A DNA stretch of 64,000 nucleotides from a virus (IMGVR_UViG_3300026549_000038:64001-128000), one strand, 5' to 3'; counted from the stretch's first letter, positions 24,857-34,778 are shown. Numbers and translations are program-made. The notes: generated from the sequence alone by a model not told the origin.

Positions 24857-25246
24857 CTACTCGTCTGGCACCAGTTTATATCCTTTATAAAAATGCTCCG
24901 CCACATAACCTATCACATATGCATAGGCTTCGGCTACGCCTTCTACCTCAACCCCCCGGTCTCTGAGCACTTCTCGCACGGAATGGAACATCTCATGTAT
25001 GTCTGAATTAAAATCCTTGCCGATCTCTGACTTTATGCAAACCGCATAGTGTCCGTGATACAAAGTAAACACCTGGCCGGCTGTGTCCTCGTCCTCGAAC
25101 CACTCAATGATTTCAGATTTAGTTTCTCTGTCCAGGGCCCCGAGCTCCGTCATATCTTTCATCCAAGAATTGAGCTCTCGGCGGCTTGGCGCTGATATAA
25201 AATGCACCTCTGCATCGTAGATTGGAATATCAATGTCTCGTATCAT
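24857..25246 (-). CDS. Hypothetical protein with HExxH zincin-like motif
   Basis: IHEMFH...EAYAY. Confidence 0.7.
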   Translation of the reverse strand: MIRDIDIPIYDAEVHFISAPSRRELNSWMKDMTELGALDRETKSEIIEWFEDEDTAGQVFTLYHGHYAVCIKSEIGKDFNSDIHEMFHSVREVLRDRGVEVEGVAEAYAYVIGYVAEHFYKGYKLVPDE

Positions 25247-25303
25247 ATGATGATATATAACCGGAATTGTAAAAAATTTAGTTATTGTTTTGGTTTATTT
25301 TAT

Positions 25304-25367
25304 AAACCAGTTTATGTTACAAACCAGTTTATGTTACAAACCAGTTTATGTTACAAACCAGTTTATA
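25304..25367. repeat. 17-bp tandem repeat AAACCAGTTTATGTTAC, 3 full copies plus 1 partial
   Basis: Direct observation; between divergent promoters 25254-25281 and 25520-25547. Confidence 0.9.
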
Positions 25368-25568
25368 TTGTAATTCATAACCCGGATTATAACCCGCGTT
25401 TATATGGCGTAAACAATAGATAAATCTCACAAAAACCATGTTATTTTAAGCGTTCCCTATTATATATAATATAGGTATACCAAACAAATAAATCTATTAA
25501 AAAACATATCAAAATTCCACTAAATATTTTGATTGGTTTGTTATATATAAACATAAACCGATTAGATT

Positions 25569-26069
25569 ATGAGTAGCAAGAACGAAATACGAGTAGAGGT
25601 GCTGAGAAGAACGCAGAACAACGCAGCTTTGGTTACAGACGGAGTCAGGGCAGCCTGGGTTCAGGGCAGGTCCGTTAGAGCAGACGGAACGCTGACAAAC
25701 TGGGGTCGCAAAATTATCTCAGCATCGACTATGACCGACGCCGAGGCAAGGGATTACGACGAAACCATAAAAAGGAATCGTCTGCAGAGGGAAAAAGAAA
25801 AGGAAGCCCGGAAGGAAGCCTGGTTGAAATCACAGAAGGCAGAAACGGTTGTTAGACTCAAAAGATGCTGTTGGTTTGGTGCCGCGGGAAAATCATTTAA
25901 GATTTGGCTGGGCCAGATGACGCGGAACATTTACAAGAAGCAGGTAAGAGAATTTGTATATCTCCCACAGAGCCTGGTACGCGCGCAGGAAGACGGCATG
26001 TTCGTTAACCTGTCTATGCCAACTTGGATTAAGAATAAATATAAGTGGGGCACAGCTATAGTGGAGTAA
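25569..26069 (+). CDS. Hypothetical protein
   Basis: 166 aa, downstream of promoter motif. Confidence 0.75.
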   Translation: MSSKNEIRVEVLRRTQNNAALVTDGVRAAWVQGRSVRADGTLTNWGRKIISASTMTDAEARDYDETIKRNRLQREKEKEARKEAWLKSQKAETVVRLKRCCWFGAAGKSFKIWLGQMTRNIYKKQVREFVYLPQSLVRAQEDGMFVNLSMPTWIKNKYKWGTAIVE

Positions 26070-26146
26070 TTCCGCTAAATGCTTTTCTTTTTTTGTTATA
26101 TATAGTCATAACTGAAAACTTTAACTCAGACTAAAGAGGAAAACAT

Positions 26147-26611
26147 ATGACACAGTTAAGCAAGTATTTGAGCAAAGAGACAACAAAGCCAGTGATGACA
26201 ATCGAGTACACCGACAGCAACGTAGCAGGTAGGATCTACGTCATCACAGGACCTATAGCGAGGACCTACAAATATAGCATTCCTAGAAAGAGTTACAAGG
26301 GGCACAGACTCGGAAGCTGGGGAGTGTGGCACCAGTGCCCTAGTGAGGAGTATCGCGAGCAGGTAGCAAAGCTCCAGGCTAAGGGTTGGGAAGAGGATTT
26401 CATCTACCCAGAGAGCGGCTACGAGATTCAGTGCCTCACAAAGACTGAGAAGTTCACCGAGCTTCCGAAGGGCAGACTCATAGGTATCATCAGCGGTACA
26501 GAGATTCTTGATGGGAGAGGAGCAATCCTGGACTACATTCGTAGTAATTTCAGGGGATTCAGTAGTGTAACAGTATATAAAGTACCAGATAACATCGAAG
26601 TGGGCTTGTAG
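26147..26611 (+). CDS. Hypothetical protein
   Basis: 154 aa, downstream of promoter motif 26075-26102. Confidence 0.75.
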   Translation: MTQLSKYLSKETTKPVMTIEYTDSNVAGRIYVITGPIARTYKYSIPRKSYKGHRLGSWGVWHQCPSEEYREQVAKLQAKGWEEDFIYPESGYEIQCLTKTEKFTELPKGRLIGIISGTEILDGRGAILDYIRSNFRGFSSVTVYKVPDNIEVGL

Positions 26612-26682
26612 GACCCACACTTTATTCTTACCTTTAGGTGTTGGAAGAGATAGACTAAAAAACTTATAAAAAACTTAAAACC

Positions 26683-26925
26683 ATGGATGAGATATTTAAG
26701 GCGCTTAAACAGATTACAGGAGCAAAACCTGAATGGATTGACAACGGTGTGTATGCATTCCGTGTAGATACCTTGGAGAAATTCAGTACTGTTGTTGCTG
26801 AGGTGGGTACAATGCTCAAGAGCGAGCTTGAACATATAGATGAAGATGAGGAAGGTAACTTTAACATTAAGTTTGGCTTTGACTTCGAAGATCAAAGTTA
26901 TAGTGTAATAGTAGAGGAATGGTAA
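26683..26925 (+). CDS. Hypothetical protein
   Basis: 80-aa acidic ORF. Confidence 0.6.
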   Translation: MDEIFKALKQITGAKPEWIDNGVYAFRVDTLEKFSTVVAEVGTMLKSELEHIDEDEEGNFNIKFGFDFEDQSYSVIVEEW

Positions 26926-26957
26926 ATAGTAAATAAATATTAAATATATTTAATCAT

Positions 26958-27029
26958 TGAGGCATGGTGTAATGGTTAGCACCGCAGATTTTGAGTCTGC
27001 TGGTTTGGGTTCGAGTCCCGATGCCTCAA
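26958..27029 (+). tRNA. tRNA-Gln(TTG)
   Basis: TGAGGCA/TGCCTCA, GCAGA-TT-TTG-AG-TCTGC. Confidence 0.93.
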
Positions 27030-27046
27030 CAACCAAAATAAATGTT

Positions 27047-28285
27047 ATGAAGACAATATCTTTTGACTTTAAATTAAGAAAAGACATTCAATCCGAAGAA
27101 AACGGATACAAAGGGAGATACAAAGTACAGACAAGGGAAGGAAATCCTGCGAGAATTATTTGCTGGAATAGAAAGGATGATGAGTATCCAATTGTGGCAC
27201 TTGTTGAGGCTTATTCCATTGAAGTCTCACTTTCATACCGCAAGAATGGAATGTATAATTCTACTGATTCTACTTGTGAGTATGATTTACTTCTTGTAGA
27301 TACCTGGGAACCGAAGTTCGAACTCTGGGATAGGATAGTAAACCGGGGAATAACCTTCGATATAGTATCAATTGATTACGCATCAAAGAAATACGGGGTG
27401 GTTTCTGATAGTCCATATACAGACATATGTCGTGTTACGTTTGATGACCAAGACGGATTCGAGCTTGTAAAGCCCTTATCAGGATTCAATTATAATGAAG
27501 GGACTGTTATGAGATGTGCTGAAGGTCCAAATAAAGGTTCTCTTTGGTTAAGATGCAGCGATAAGCTTGTCAAAAGCGATGGAGTCACATTTAGTCCTGC
27601 AGGACGTTACTCTGAGGGACTTTACTACCCGGCAAATAGAAAAGAAACTGATCTGTTCTTTGCTGAACTTGATGAAAATGGATATAAATACAGTCCCGTT
27701 TTGGGGGCCATCACTAAAAAGCCCAAATTCAAAATTGGAGATGGGGTGAGGTATAAGAACGGTGACGGAACTGAGTATAAGATTGTCGACATGCTAGAAG
27801 CCAGCTATCGAGTGATTCAATCAGATAAGAGAACCAAACTGATTTTATTTGATGATGATGACCATCTTGAAATCGCCCCAGCAAATACAGCTAAAGACTT
27901 TAAGGTAGGGCAAGTATTAAAATGTCTTAGTACCGGTCACCTGTGGTTAAACCGTGATGGGGACTGCCTTAAAAGTGATGGACATACTGTATCTATTGGA
28001 GGAACTTACGAAGCGGCCAGCCAGGAGGAGTCTGACAAGTTCTTCAAGGAACTTGATGAAAACGGGTATATATGGAATCCTGAGAAGAGAAAGGTAGAAA
28101 AGAAAGAACCGGAACTTACAGACTTCGAACAAGAAGTAAGAGATATTGTCACATCTGCTCTTACAGTGACTTCGGAAGACGGGTCTTGTTCTCTTACAGT
28201 AGCTGTAGATGATAAGACCGCAAGAAAGATAGCAGTAGGTATAAACAAACTGGTGACTAAAAAACTTTTTCATGAGCGTTTTTAA
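27047..28285 (+). CDS. Hypothetical modular protein (start revised to MKTISFDF)
   Basis: Shared domain with 21615..22394; internal PKF..GD and FF.ELDENGY repeats. Confidence 0.8.
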   Translation: MKTISFDFKLRKDIQSEENGYKGRYKVQTREGNPARIICWNRKDDEYPIVALVEAYSIEVSLSYRKNGMYNSTDSTCEYDLLLVDTWEPKFELWDRIVNRGITFDIVSIDYASKKYGVVSDSPYTDICRVTFDDQDGFELVKPLSGFNYNEGTVMRCAEGPNKGSLWLRCSDKLVKSDGVTFSPAGRYSEGLYYPANRKETDLFFAELDENGYKYSPVLGAITKKPKFKIGDGVRYKNGDGTEYKIVDMLEASYRVIQSDKRTKLILFDDDDHLEIAPANTAKDFKVGQVLKCLSTGHLWLNRDGDCLKSDGHTVSIGGTYEAASQEESDKFFKELDENGYIWNPEKRKVEKKEPELTDFEQEVRDIVTSALTVTSEDGSCSLTVAVDDKTARKIAVGINKLVTKKLFHERF

Positions 28286-28520
28286 GTGTGCAAAATGCGG
28301 CTGTGCCGAGAACTCCGCTTTGGGGTTTTATTGGCTGAGGAACGACCCCAAGATGATTGAATCTCTTGATTGGAGCGAGACTGGAGAAGAATATAAAGGG
28401 AAACCGCTTTGCTCTGAATGCGCTCCAAGAAAGTACCTTAACGGTAAAGAGACCGGGTGGGGTAAGTGGCACGGGAAATTTGATAAACTGCCTTATGATG
28501 AACAATTGAAATCTATTTAA
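28272..28520 (+). CDS. Small zinc-binding protein
   Basis: CAKCGCAEN...LCSEC. Confidence 0.7.
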   Translation: MSVFKCAKCGCAENSALGFYWLRNDPKMIESLDWSETGEEYKGKPLCSECAPRKYLNGKETGWGKWHGKFDKLPYDEQLKSI

Positions 28521-28521
28521 T

Positions 28522-28962
28522 ATGAAATTTATTAAGCAGCTTGATGAAAACCATTTCATAGTTGAAATGGGTAAAGAGGACACAAATGGCATTCCATCTG
28601 TAGATGTAGCTCATGATTATATACAATTCAATGGGTGGGACTGTCATTGTGAAGACTTTCAAACATATGGACCTTATGGTCATCACAATGTTGTAAGCAA
28701 TCAAGCATCTGTTCAAATACCCATTAGAATGGCTCAAGATATGTTAAAAACCATTCTTAAGCGAGAGTATATGCAACCAGACCATTTAGTGTTCAGTGAC
28801 GGAACATTAAGGTATCTAAATACAACAAATTGTGTCTATAGTTACAGTAATGATGAAGGCACTGAAATGGTTGCTGTAATGGATCCGAAAACAGGAGAAT
28901 TTATTCATTTGCCTTATCGAACTTATTGCGTTGTTAAAAACGAAACTGCTAAAGGAAAATAA
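28522..28962 (+). CDS. Hypothetical protein
   Basis: 146-aa co-oriented ORF. Confidence 0.65.
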   Translation: MKFIKQLDENHFIVEMGKEDTNGIPSVDVAHDYIQFNGWDCHCEDFQTYGPYGHHNVVSNQASVQIPIRMAQDMLKTILKREYMQPDHLVFSDGTLRYLNTTNCVYSYSNDEGTEMVAVMDPKTGEFIHLPYRTYCVVKNETAKGK

Positions 28963-29294
28963 CATGACAAAAGAAAAAACAACACTCAAACACGAAATTC
29001 CTGATTATCTACTGATGCCTTATCGCATTCCAGAATGTAAACTCCCTGTGTTTGAAACACTGTCAGGCAAGGAGAAGCGTAGGAGGCGCAGAGAGTTAGA
29101 ACGCCAAAAGAAGAAAAGAAAGTAACTATGAAAATTTTTAAGAAACGTAAATCTCTTCGTGATAAATGTATAGAAGCATATGGAGAAGAATTTGGAGAGA
29201 TCTATGATAATCTTTGTAGAGGAATTCCTGTTGGCGGCTTTATGGAAACTACTGTAATACTACAAATGATTGAAGATGTAAAAACAAACAAGTC

Positions 29295-29702
29295 ATGAAA
29301 ATTGATGCAGATAAACTAAAAAGGTTTGTGGGAGAATTAAAAGAACATGCCCAAAGGAATTGTTGCGATGTTTGGGGAATTGTACCAAATGCATTAGAGG
29401 AAGTAGAAGACTTCATCGACTCTCTCCAGAAGGAGCAAGATAGGATGAGGTATTGCATTGAGTATGTCAATCCCCAATATCCACTATTGGATAATGGAGA
29501 ATTGAATATTAGACATCTCCGTGTCCCTGACGAACATGGTGCCGAAATGGCTCTAACCCTTATGCTTTCTTTGGGGGCAAAGATATACAGACTTTATCGT
29601 GGAAATGTGCAGGAGGGAAAACTCGCGGAGTGGTCTACTCCTATGATTGTAGATGCTGATGATTGGTATTCTACAGAGTGGTTGCATAACATTTTAGATT
29701 GA
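29295..29702 (+). CDS. Mosaic-module hypothetical protein
   Basis: MKIDADKL and FIDSLQKEQ modules. Confidence 0.7.
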   Translation: MKIDADKLKRFVGELKEHAQRNCCDVWGIVPNALEEVEDFIDSLQKEQDRMRYCIEYVNPQYPLLDNGELNIRHLRVPDEHGAEMALTLMLSLGAKIYRLYRGNVQEGKLAEWSTPMIVDADDWYSTEWLHNILD

Positions 29703-30268
29703 GGATATTTACTATGAAAGATTATCCACACATACCCGGCTGGAGGCTAAATAAAAATGACAATAAACCAGCAATAAAACATTCTATCCTTATGCTCACA
29801 ACCCATGGCGTTGCTGAAGGAGAATGGGATGGAAACGAATGGATACAATATCGTTGGTCTGCTAAGGTCAAAGATTCAGATGTCTACTACTGGCTTTGTC
29901 TTGAAGATTTGACGCAACTTGAAAAAGAAGGAGACAGTCTCCAGCAAGAGCAGCCTGATTTCCCTTCTAATCTTGAAGAAGCAGCAGAAGAATATGCAAA
30001 TAAAGAATACCCAGATGAGCCATGTGTTGGACGATGGGGCACAGGTGATTATGAGCCACCTGTTGATAATGAATACCCAAGAGAAATTGCAAAAGATGCT
30101 TTCAAAGCAGGTGCAGATGCAATTGTCAATCAGAAAGTTTCTCTTGGATACTTGATTAGTTGGTACATACAATCTGTAGATAGACATCAGCCTATTTGGA
30201 CAGAAGATCACTTAAAAGAGTTAGATAAAGATTTTATACTAATACCGAAGTCTTTAAATAATCCCTAA
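29699..30268 (+). CDS. Mosaic-module hypothetical protein
   Basis: DSLQQEQP, LEEAAEEY, DAFKAGA modules. Confidence 0.7.
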   Translation: MRIFTMKDYPHIPGWRLNKNDNKPAIKHSILMLTTHGVAEGEWDGNEWIQYRWSAKVKDSDVYYWLCLEDLTQLEKEGDSLQQEQPDFPSNLEEAAEEYANKEYPDEPCVGRWGTGDYEPPVDNEYPREIAKDAFKAGADAIVNQKVSLGYLISWYIQSVDRHQPIWTEDHLKELDKDFILIPKSLNNP

Positions 30269-30274
30269 ACAAGG

Positions 30275-30565
30275 TTGGATATGAAATACATTGACGCAGA
30301 ACTGTTGGAAACTGAACTTAAAAGGAGAATCGAGGAAAGGGATAACATGATGAAGTTGGGGACTTACTTCTCTACTTCCTATGTGTATGAAGATATTCTC
30401 GACCTTATTGATTCTCTCCAGAAGGAGGAAAAAAGTGTTGCTGAAAGATTCGCAAGAATAGTTCGTGGGAATCTAATCGGAATAGACAAAGAGGTGCAAC
30501 AAAAGTTTGAGCAACTTTATTTTGAAGTTACAGGAAATAAAATGTATGGAGGATTCAATGACTAA
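30275..30565 (+). CDS. Mosaic-module hypothetical protein
   Basis: KYIDAELL and IDSLQKE modules. Confidence 0.65.
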   Translation: MDMKYIDAELLETELKRRIEERDNMMKLGTYFSTSYVYEDILDLIDSLQKEEKSVAERFARIVRGNLIGIDKEVQQKFEQLYFEVTGNKMYGGFND

Positions 30566-30728
30566 CTACATTAACGCAGAAAAACTAAAAGTAGAACTTA
30601 ATGAGGCAGCAGAAGAATACGCACCAGATTTTTCAGATAGCATTACTTCTAAAGCAGCAGTCGATGCTATAAGAGATGCTTTCAAGGCAGGTGCAGAGTG
30701 GGTAATAAAACAATTAAAGGAGGAATAG
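30558..30728 (+). CDS. Mosaic-module hypothetical protein
   Basis: YINAEKL, EAAEEY, DAFKAGAEW modules. Confidence 0.6.
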   Translation: MTNYINAEKLKVELNEAAEEYAPDFSDSITSKAAVDAIRDAFKAGAEWVIKQLKEE

Positions 30729-30730
30729 TT

Positions 30731-31084
30731 ATGAAAATTGACACAGAAAAACTGATTGCTGAGATAGAAAGGCTTTCCGCAGAACATACATCAAGGTGGG
30801 AGACGGATGAAGTTGCGATAGTCCTCGATAAACTTGAAGATTTCATCATCTCTCTCCAGCAAGAGCAACCAAATGTGGATTTGGATGTTGAGATTGAAAA
30901 AGAATTGCGAGCACACTATAATGACGACCAAGACGTATATTGGTGGAACTATCTCAAAAATAGTTTTCGTCATTTCTACGAACTTGGCAGAAAGGGAAAT
31001 AAAGAACCAAATAAGAAACTTAAGAGTTCTAATGATTCCGATATGGGAAGCCCTTGGAGAAATCACATAATAGAAGAATTGTGA
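30731..31084 (+). CDS. Mosaic-module hypothetical protein
   Basis: MKIDTEKLIAEIER, SLQQEQP, HFYELG modules. Confidence 0.7.
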   Translation: MKIDTEKLIAEIERLSAEHTSRWETDEVAIVLDKLEDFIISLQQEQPNVDLDVEIEKELRAHYNDDQDVYWWNYLKNSFRHFYELGRKGNKEPNKKLKSSNDSDMGSPWRNHIIEEL

Positions 31085-31467
31085 ATATGAGTAAATTGAG
31101 AGAAAAATTATCAAAGTGGTTTTTTGATACTGCAAAGAAACTGGATGAAAAAACAGTGATGAATAATTCTTTTGTTATTCCATCATCAACACAGCCTATC
31201 ATAATGTATGACCAGTATCATGTAGAGAGGATTCATGCCCAATATAAGATGAGTGATGCAGTATTGAATGCACATAGACATAATTTTAGTTATAATATTG
31301 ATGACGCAATAAGACGTGAACTTATTGATGAAATAAGTGTACTGCTTTATGACAGTCATAAAGATGATGTGAAAGAAACATTGCAAGCTGATAGTCCTTA
31401 TAATCCATCTACATTATTTACATTGGATGTATATGTTTGCAAACCACAGAAAAAAGAGAGTCAGTAA
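31054..31467 (+). CDS. Hypothetical protein
   Basis: Co-oriented ORF. Confidence 0.65.
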   Translation: MEKSHNRRIVNMSKLREKLSKWFFDTAKKLDEKTVMNNSFVIPSSTQPIIMYDQYHVERIHAQYKMSDAVLNAHRHNFSYNIDDAIRRELIDEISVLLYDSHKDDVKETLQADSPYNPSTLFTLDVYVCKPQKKESQ

Positions 31468-31526
31468 TAGAACAGGTTGGTTTTGAAAGAAAACAAGCGA
31501 TTTGTAGGAAAGAATGAGGAATAGGT

Positions 31527-31991
31527 ATGGCAAAGAAATATATTGACACAGAAAAACTGAAAGCAGAGATAGAAAGGCTATATGATGGTGAAGCACCAAA
31601 GCACGACCAACAATGTGACTTTGATGATGGATATTTTACGGGGATTGGGACAATATCCAGGTTTGTCGACTCTCTCCAGAAGGAGCAGAAGCCCGCAGAG
31701 TGGAGCGAAGAGGATGAAAAGAAAATTCACTTCCTCTCTCGGCTCATTGAGCTCCAAGTGAAGAATACCGAGTATTGTTTTAGCAAGGGATATTTTGTTT
31801 CCAAACAAGAGGCTATCGAAATGCTTAAATCACTCCGTCCACATCTAAAGCAGGAGCAACCTGATGTGGACTTGGAGAAAACGGTTGAATTTGAGTGTAT
31901 CGGGAAAAAAGTAAAAATGACCGTCCAAGAACTCATTAACTATTACATTGACTCGAAATGTGTTGATACGGTCGATGAATGTAGATTTTAA
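31527..31991 (+). CDS. Mosaic-module hypothetical protein
   Basis: YIDTEKLKAEIER, DSLQKEQKPAEWSEED, LKSLRP modules. Confidence 0.7.
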   Translation: MAKKYIDTEKLKAEIERLYDGEAPKHDQQCDFDDGYFTGIGTISRFVDSLQKEQKPAEWSEEDEKKIHFLSRLIELQVKNTEYCFSKGYFVSKQEAIEMLKSLRPHLKQEQPDVDLEKTVEFECIGKKVKMTVQELINYYIDSKCVDTVDECRF

Positions 31992-32499
31992 AACAGGAAA
32001 GGGGAAAAACAATGCCAGAAGAAATAAGAAAAACCATTGAACGGTTAAAAGAAGATATTTCAACTATTGAAAAATGGGATAGGTCGTTTTGGAATAAATC
32101 TCTTGGAACAAGTCATTTAAAATCCATGGCGACGATGCTGAAAAATGATGCCGACACCATTGCTGCTTATTTAAGAAACTTTTAATATATGATAGGTTAG
32201 AGTGCGATTATGCTTGTAACCTATCATATATTACCAATAGACGATATTCTTACTGAGCGAGATAAGTGTACACGGAAGGAAGTAGAGAAAGAAATAATAG
32301 AAAAATTGAAAAAGAAATAATATGACAGTAGGTGAATTAATACGAGAATTGCAGAAGTATGATGAAAAATTGCCCGTTGCTATAGATGGAGATATTTATT
32401 TTCCACCACAAACGCAAATAACAGTAAGCGTTAAAACTTGGGAGGATAGTAATTACCCATATGATTTACCGGATTTTGATTATCTAAATTTAGAGTAAT

Positions 32500-32763
32500 A
32501 TGACAAGAGAAGAAGCAAAACTGACATTACAGGAGAACTTTGGGTATCTAACAAATGAGCACCCAAGAATTACTGAAGCACTTAGAGTTGCTTTGGAAGT
32601 ACTTAATGAAGACATTCTTCCCTCCAATTTTGATGAAGCAGTGGCTAAGTACTTAGAATCTCAAACTCCTGCTGACCAAGGGGAAGAAATGACTATCTAC
32701 AATGCTTTCAAATCAGGTGCAGAGTGGGTAATAAAACAATTAAAGGGGAATAAAATAAAATAA
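32500..32763 (+). CDS. Mosaic-module hypothetical protein
   Basis: LPSNFDEA, AFKSGAEW modules. Confidence 0.65.
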   Translation: MTREEAKLTLQENFGYLTNEHPRITEALRVALEVLNEDILPSNFDEAVAKYLESQTPADQGEEMTIYNAFKSGAEWVIKQLKGNKIK

Positions 32764-32782
32764 AAAACAGTAAAAAATAATA

Positions 32783-33157
32783 ATGGAACTTAAAAGAAGA
32801 ATAAAACTCAATCCCGTTGTTGCGTTTCGTAGGTCGGAGCAGAATCCGTATATGTACGGATTGCAGATGAAGCGTAAATTGACTGTTCGTGAGGCTTGTC
32901 ACATTTATCGCAACATATTGCTGTTCAACATTGACCTTGCGATAGACGATATAAAATGTGACAGTTTTGTGAAAGAAGAACTTCGTAGATTTTACAACGA
33001 CATTACTGAAGCGATGAATAATTTCATCAAGGGTGACATTGGTTGGAGTGGGTTGTGTGATGCGACTTATTGCTATGATACGGATGAGGACGATGGACTT
33101 TCCGTGGCTGCTGCATTGAAACTAACTGAGTATCTACAACAGAAAGGAATTGTATAA
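32783..33157 (+). CDS. Hypothetical protein
   Basis: 124-aa co-oriented ORF. Confidence 0.65.
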   Translation: MELKRRIKLNPVVAFRRSEQNPYMYGLQMKRKLTVREACHIYRNILLFNIDLAIDDIKCDSFVKEELRRFYNDITEAMNNFIKGDIGWSGLCDATYCYDTDEDDGLSVAAALKLTEYLQQKGIV

Positions 33158-33276
33158 GATATGAGTGTAAAAGACTATGATTTTGTAGGAGAGTCTACCA
33201 TAGAGAAAAATGGAGACGATAACCCAATAGTGAGTTATTGGGTTATATATTCAAATATAAAAAAAGGAGATAACAA

Positions 33277-33687
33277 ATGACAAGAGAAGAAAAACAGTTA
33301 TTGCTCAAAGACCTCAGTGCAAGATTACCTTATGGTGTAATCTGCGACATGTGGTTTGAATATAACGAGGCCGACAAGATAACTGAAGTATTAAAATGCG
33401 GTGGATTGATGAGACTCATGAATAGTGAGTTTAATTTCATAGTTAAACCATATCTCCGCCCAATGTCAAGCATGACTGAAGAGGAAAAGGATGAATTAAG
33501 ACAAATAAGCGAGGTATATCTTGATGATTGGTTAACTGCAGGCAGTAATTTACTTAAATGGAAAATAGACGCTAAATTATTAAGCATGAGAACTACCTTT
33601 TATAATTCTCATCATTTTGATTGGAATGACTTGATTCCCATGGGTCTTGCATTGGAAGCACCAGAAGGAATGTATAAAGAAATTTAA
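33277..33687 (+). CDS. LKDLxxRLPY-family hypothetical protein (copy 3)
   Basis: Paralog motifs. Confidence 0.8.
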   Translation: MTREEKQLLLKDLSARLPYGVICDMWFEYNEADKITEVLKCGGLMRLMNSEFNFIVKPYLRPMSSMTEEEKDELRQISEVYLDDWLTAGSNLLKWKIDAKLLSMRTTFYNSHHFDWNDLIPMGLALEAPEGMYKEI

Positions 33688-33900
33688 TATGTCAATATGT
33701 CAAAATCTGAATTTAGACAACAGGTAGCTTTACAGGCTGTTCAGGGAGTTATAGAAGCCAAAGGAGGCATTATTGGTGAGCTGGACCCATGTCTTTTAGC
33801 TAAAGAGGTGATTAGAATAGCAGAATGTGTTACAGATAGGTATTTTGAAAAGTATCCAGAATAACGTTTTATTATAAAATAAATAAATATATAAGCAGCT

Positions 33901-34710
33901 ATGAAAACAGTTACAACCCTGGTTGCAGTATTTTTGTTAACTGCTTGTACTGCAATGTACTTTCCAACAAACTCCGGTTATACAAAGAATAGTATCTATT
34001 ACACATCTGTCGATGAAATAGAAAAGCCGGTTTCTGATACAGTGTCCATTGAGACTGAAAACTATACAGAAAAACTTCGTAAGTTTGATTCTCCAACCTA
34101 CGCTGTTGAATTAAATCTGACCCCATGGTACCCTTCCTACTATTGGAGATTTTCAGGATGGGCTTTATCTCCGTATGTATATTCTGAGATATACTGGAAC
34201 TGGAGATGGGGTACCCGTTACGGATACTGGGGATACTACAATCCTTACAGATATTACAATCCTTACAGACACTATTGGGACTGGAACAGACCATATTATA
34301 CCCACAGACCATATCGTCCAAATCATAAGCCGAGTAGAGAAGTAAGGTATACGAGAAGAGGAGGAATGGTGGGACCTACACCATCTTATAGGTCTAAAAG
34401 TGTAACCCGTTCAAATAGAACCACTTACAAGCAATCTACCAACAGGTCTAGTTCTTCTACAAGAACAGCCACTCAGAGAAGAAGCACTTCAACCAGATAC
34501 AGCTCTGGAAATCAAACACAAAGAACAGGTTACAGTAGATCCCAGAATACAGGCAGAGACTATTATCGCAGTTCTTCTTCCACTCCAAGAAACTATCAAC
34601 CATCTGTAAGATATAACGAAAGGAGTACAAAGAGTACAAGCAGCTATCAGGGAAGCCCGAAGAGTAATTCTGGCAATGGATCTGGCGGATCATCGACGAG
34701 AAGGAGATAA
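33901..34710 (+). CDS. Putative lipoprotein with Tyr/Trp-rich middle and Ser/Arg/Thr low-complexity tail
   Basis: Signal peptide with LTA-C lipobox. Confidence 0.7.
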   Translation: MKTVTTLVAVFLLTACTAMYFPTNSGYTKNSIYYTSVDEIEKPVSDTVSIETENYTEKLRKFDSPTYAVELNLTPWYPSYYWRFSGWALSPYVYSEIYWNWRWGTRYGYWGYYNPYRYYNPYRHYWDWNRPYYTHRPYRPNHKPSREVRYTRRGGMVGPTPSYRSKSVTRSNRTTYKQSTNRSSSSTRTATQRRSTSTRYSSGNQTQRTGYSRSQNTGRDYYRSSSSTPRNYQPSVRYNERSTKSTSSYQGSPKSNSGNGSGGSSTRRR

Positions 34711-34778
34711 TATAAAATCACTTTAAATATTTTGATGTTTATTTATATTTTTAATAAACATTTTAATAGATTTGTATT

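Noticed and set aside
25304-25367. CRISPR array
   Set aside because: Contiguous 17-bp tandem units with no spacers; no cas genes
26156-26620. Antisense 154-aa ORF and other opposite-strand shadow ORFs (e.g. 5879..6559, 49928..50632)
   Set aside because: Antisense to better-supported genes; expected by-product of codon bias
26957-27046. N-terminal extension of ORF 26957..28285
   Set aside because: It is tRNA-Gln(TTG); the true start is 27047
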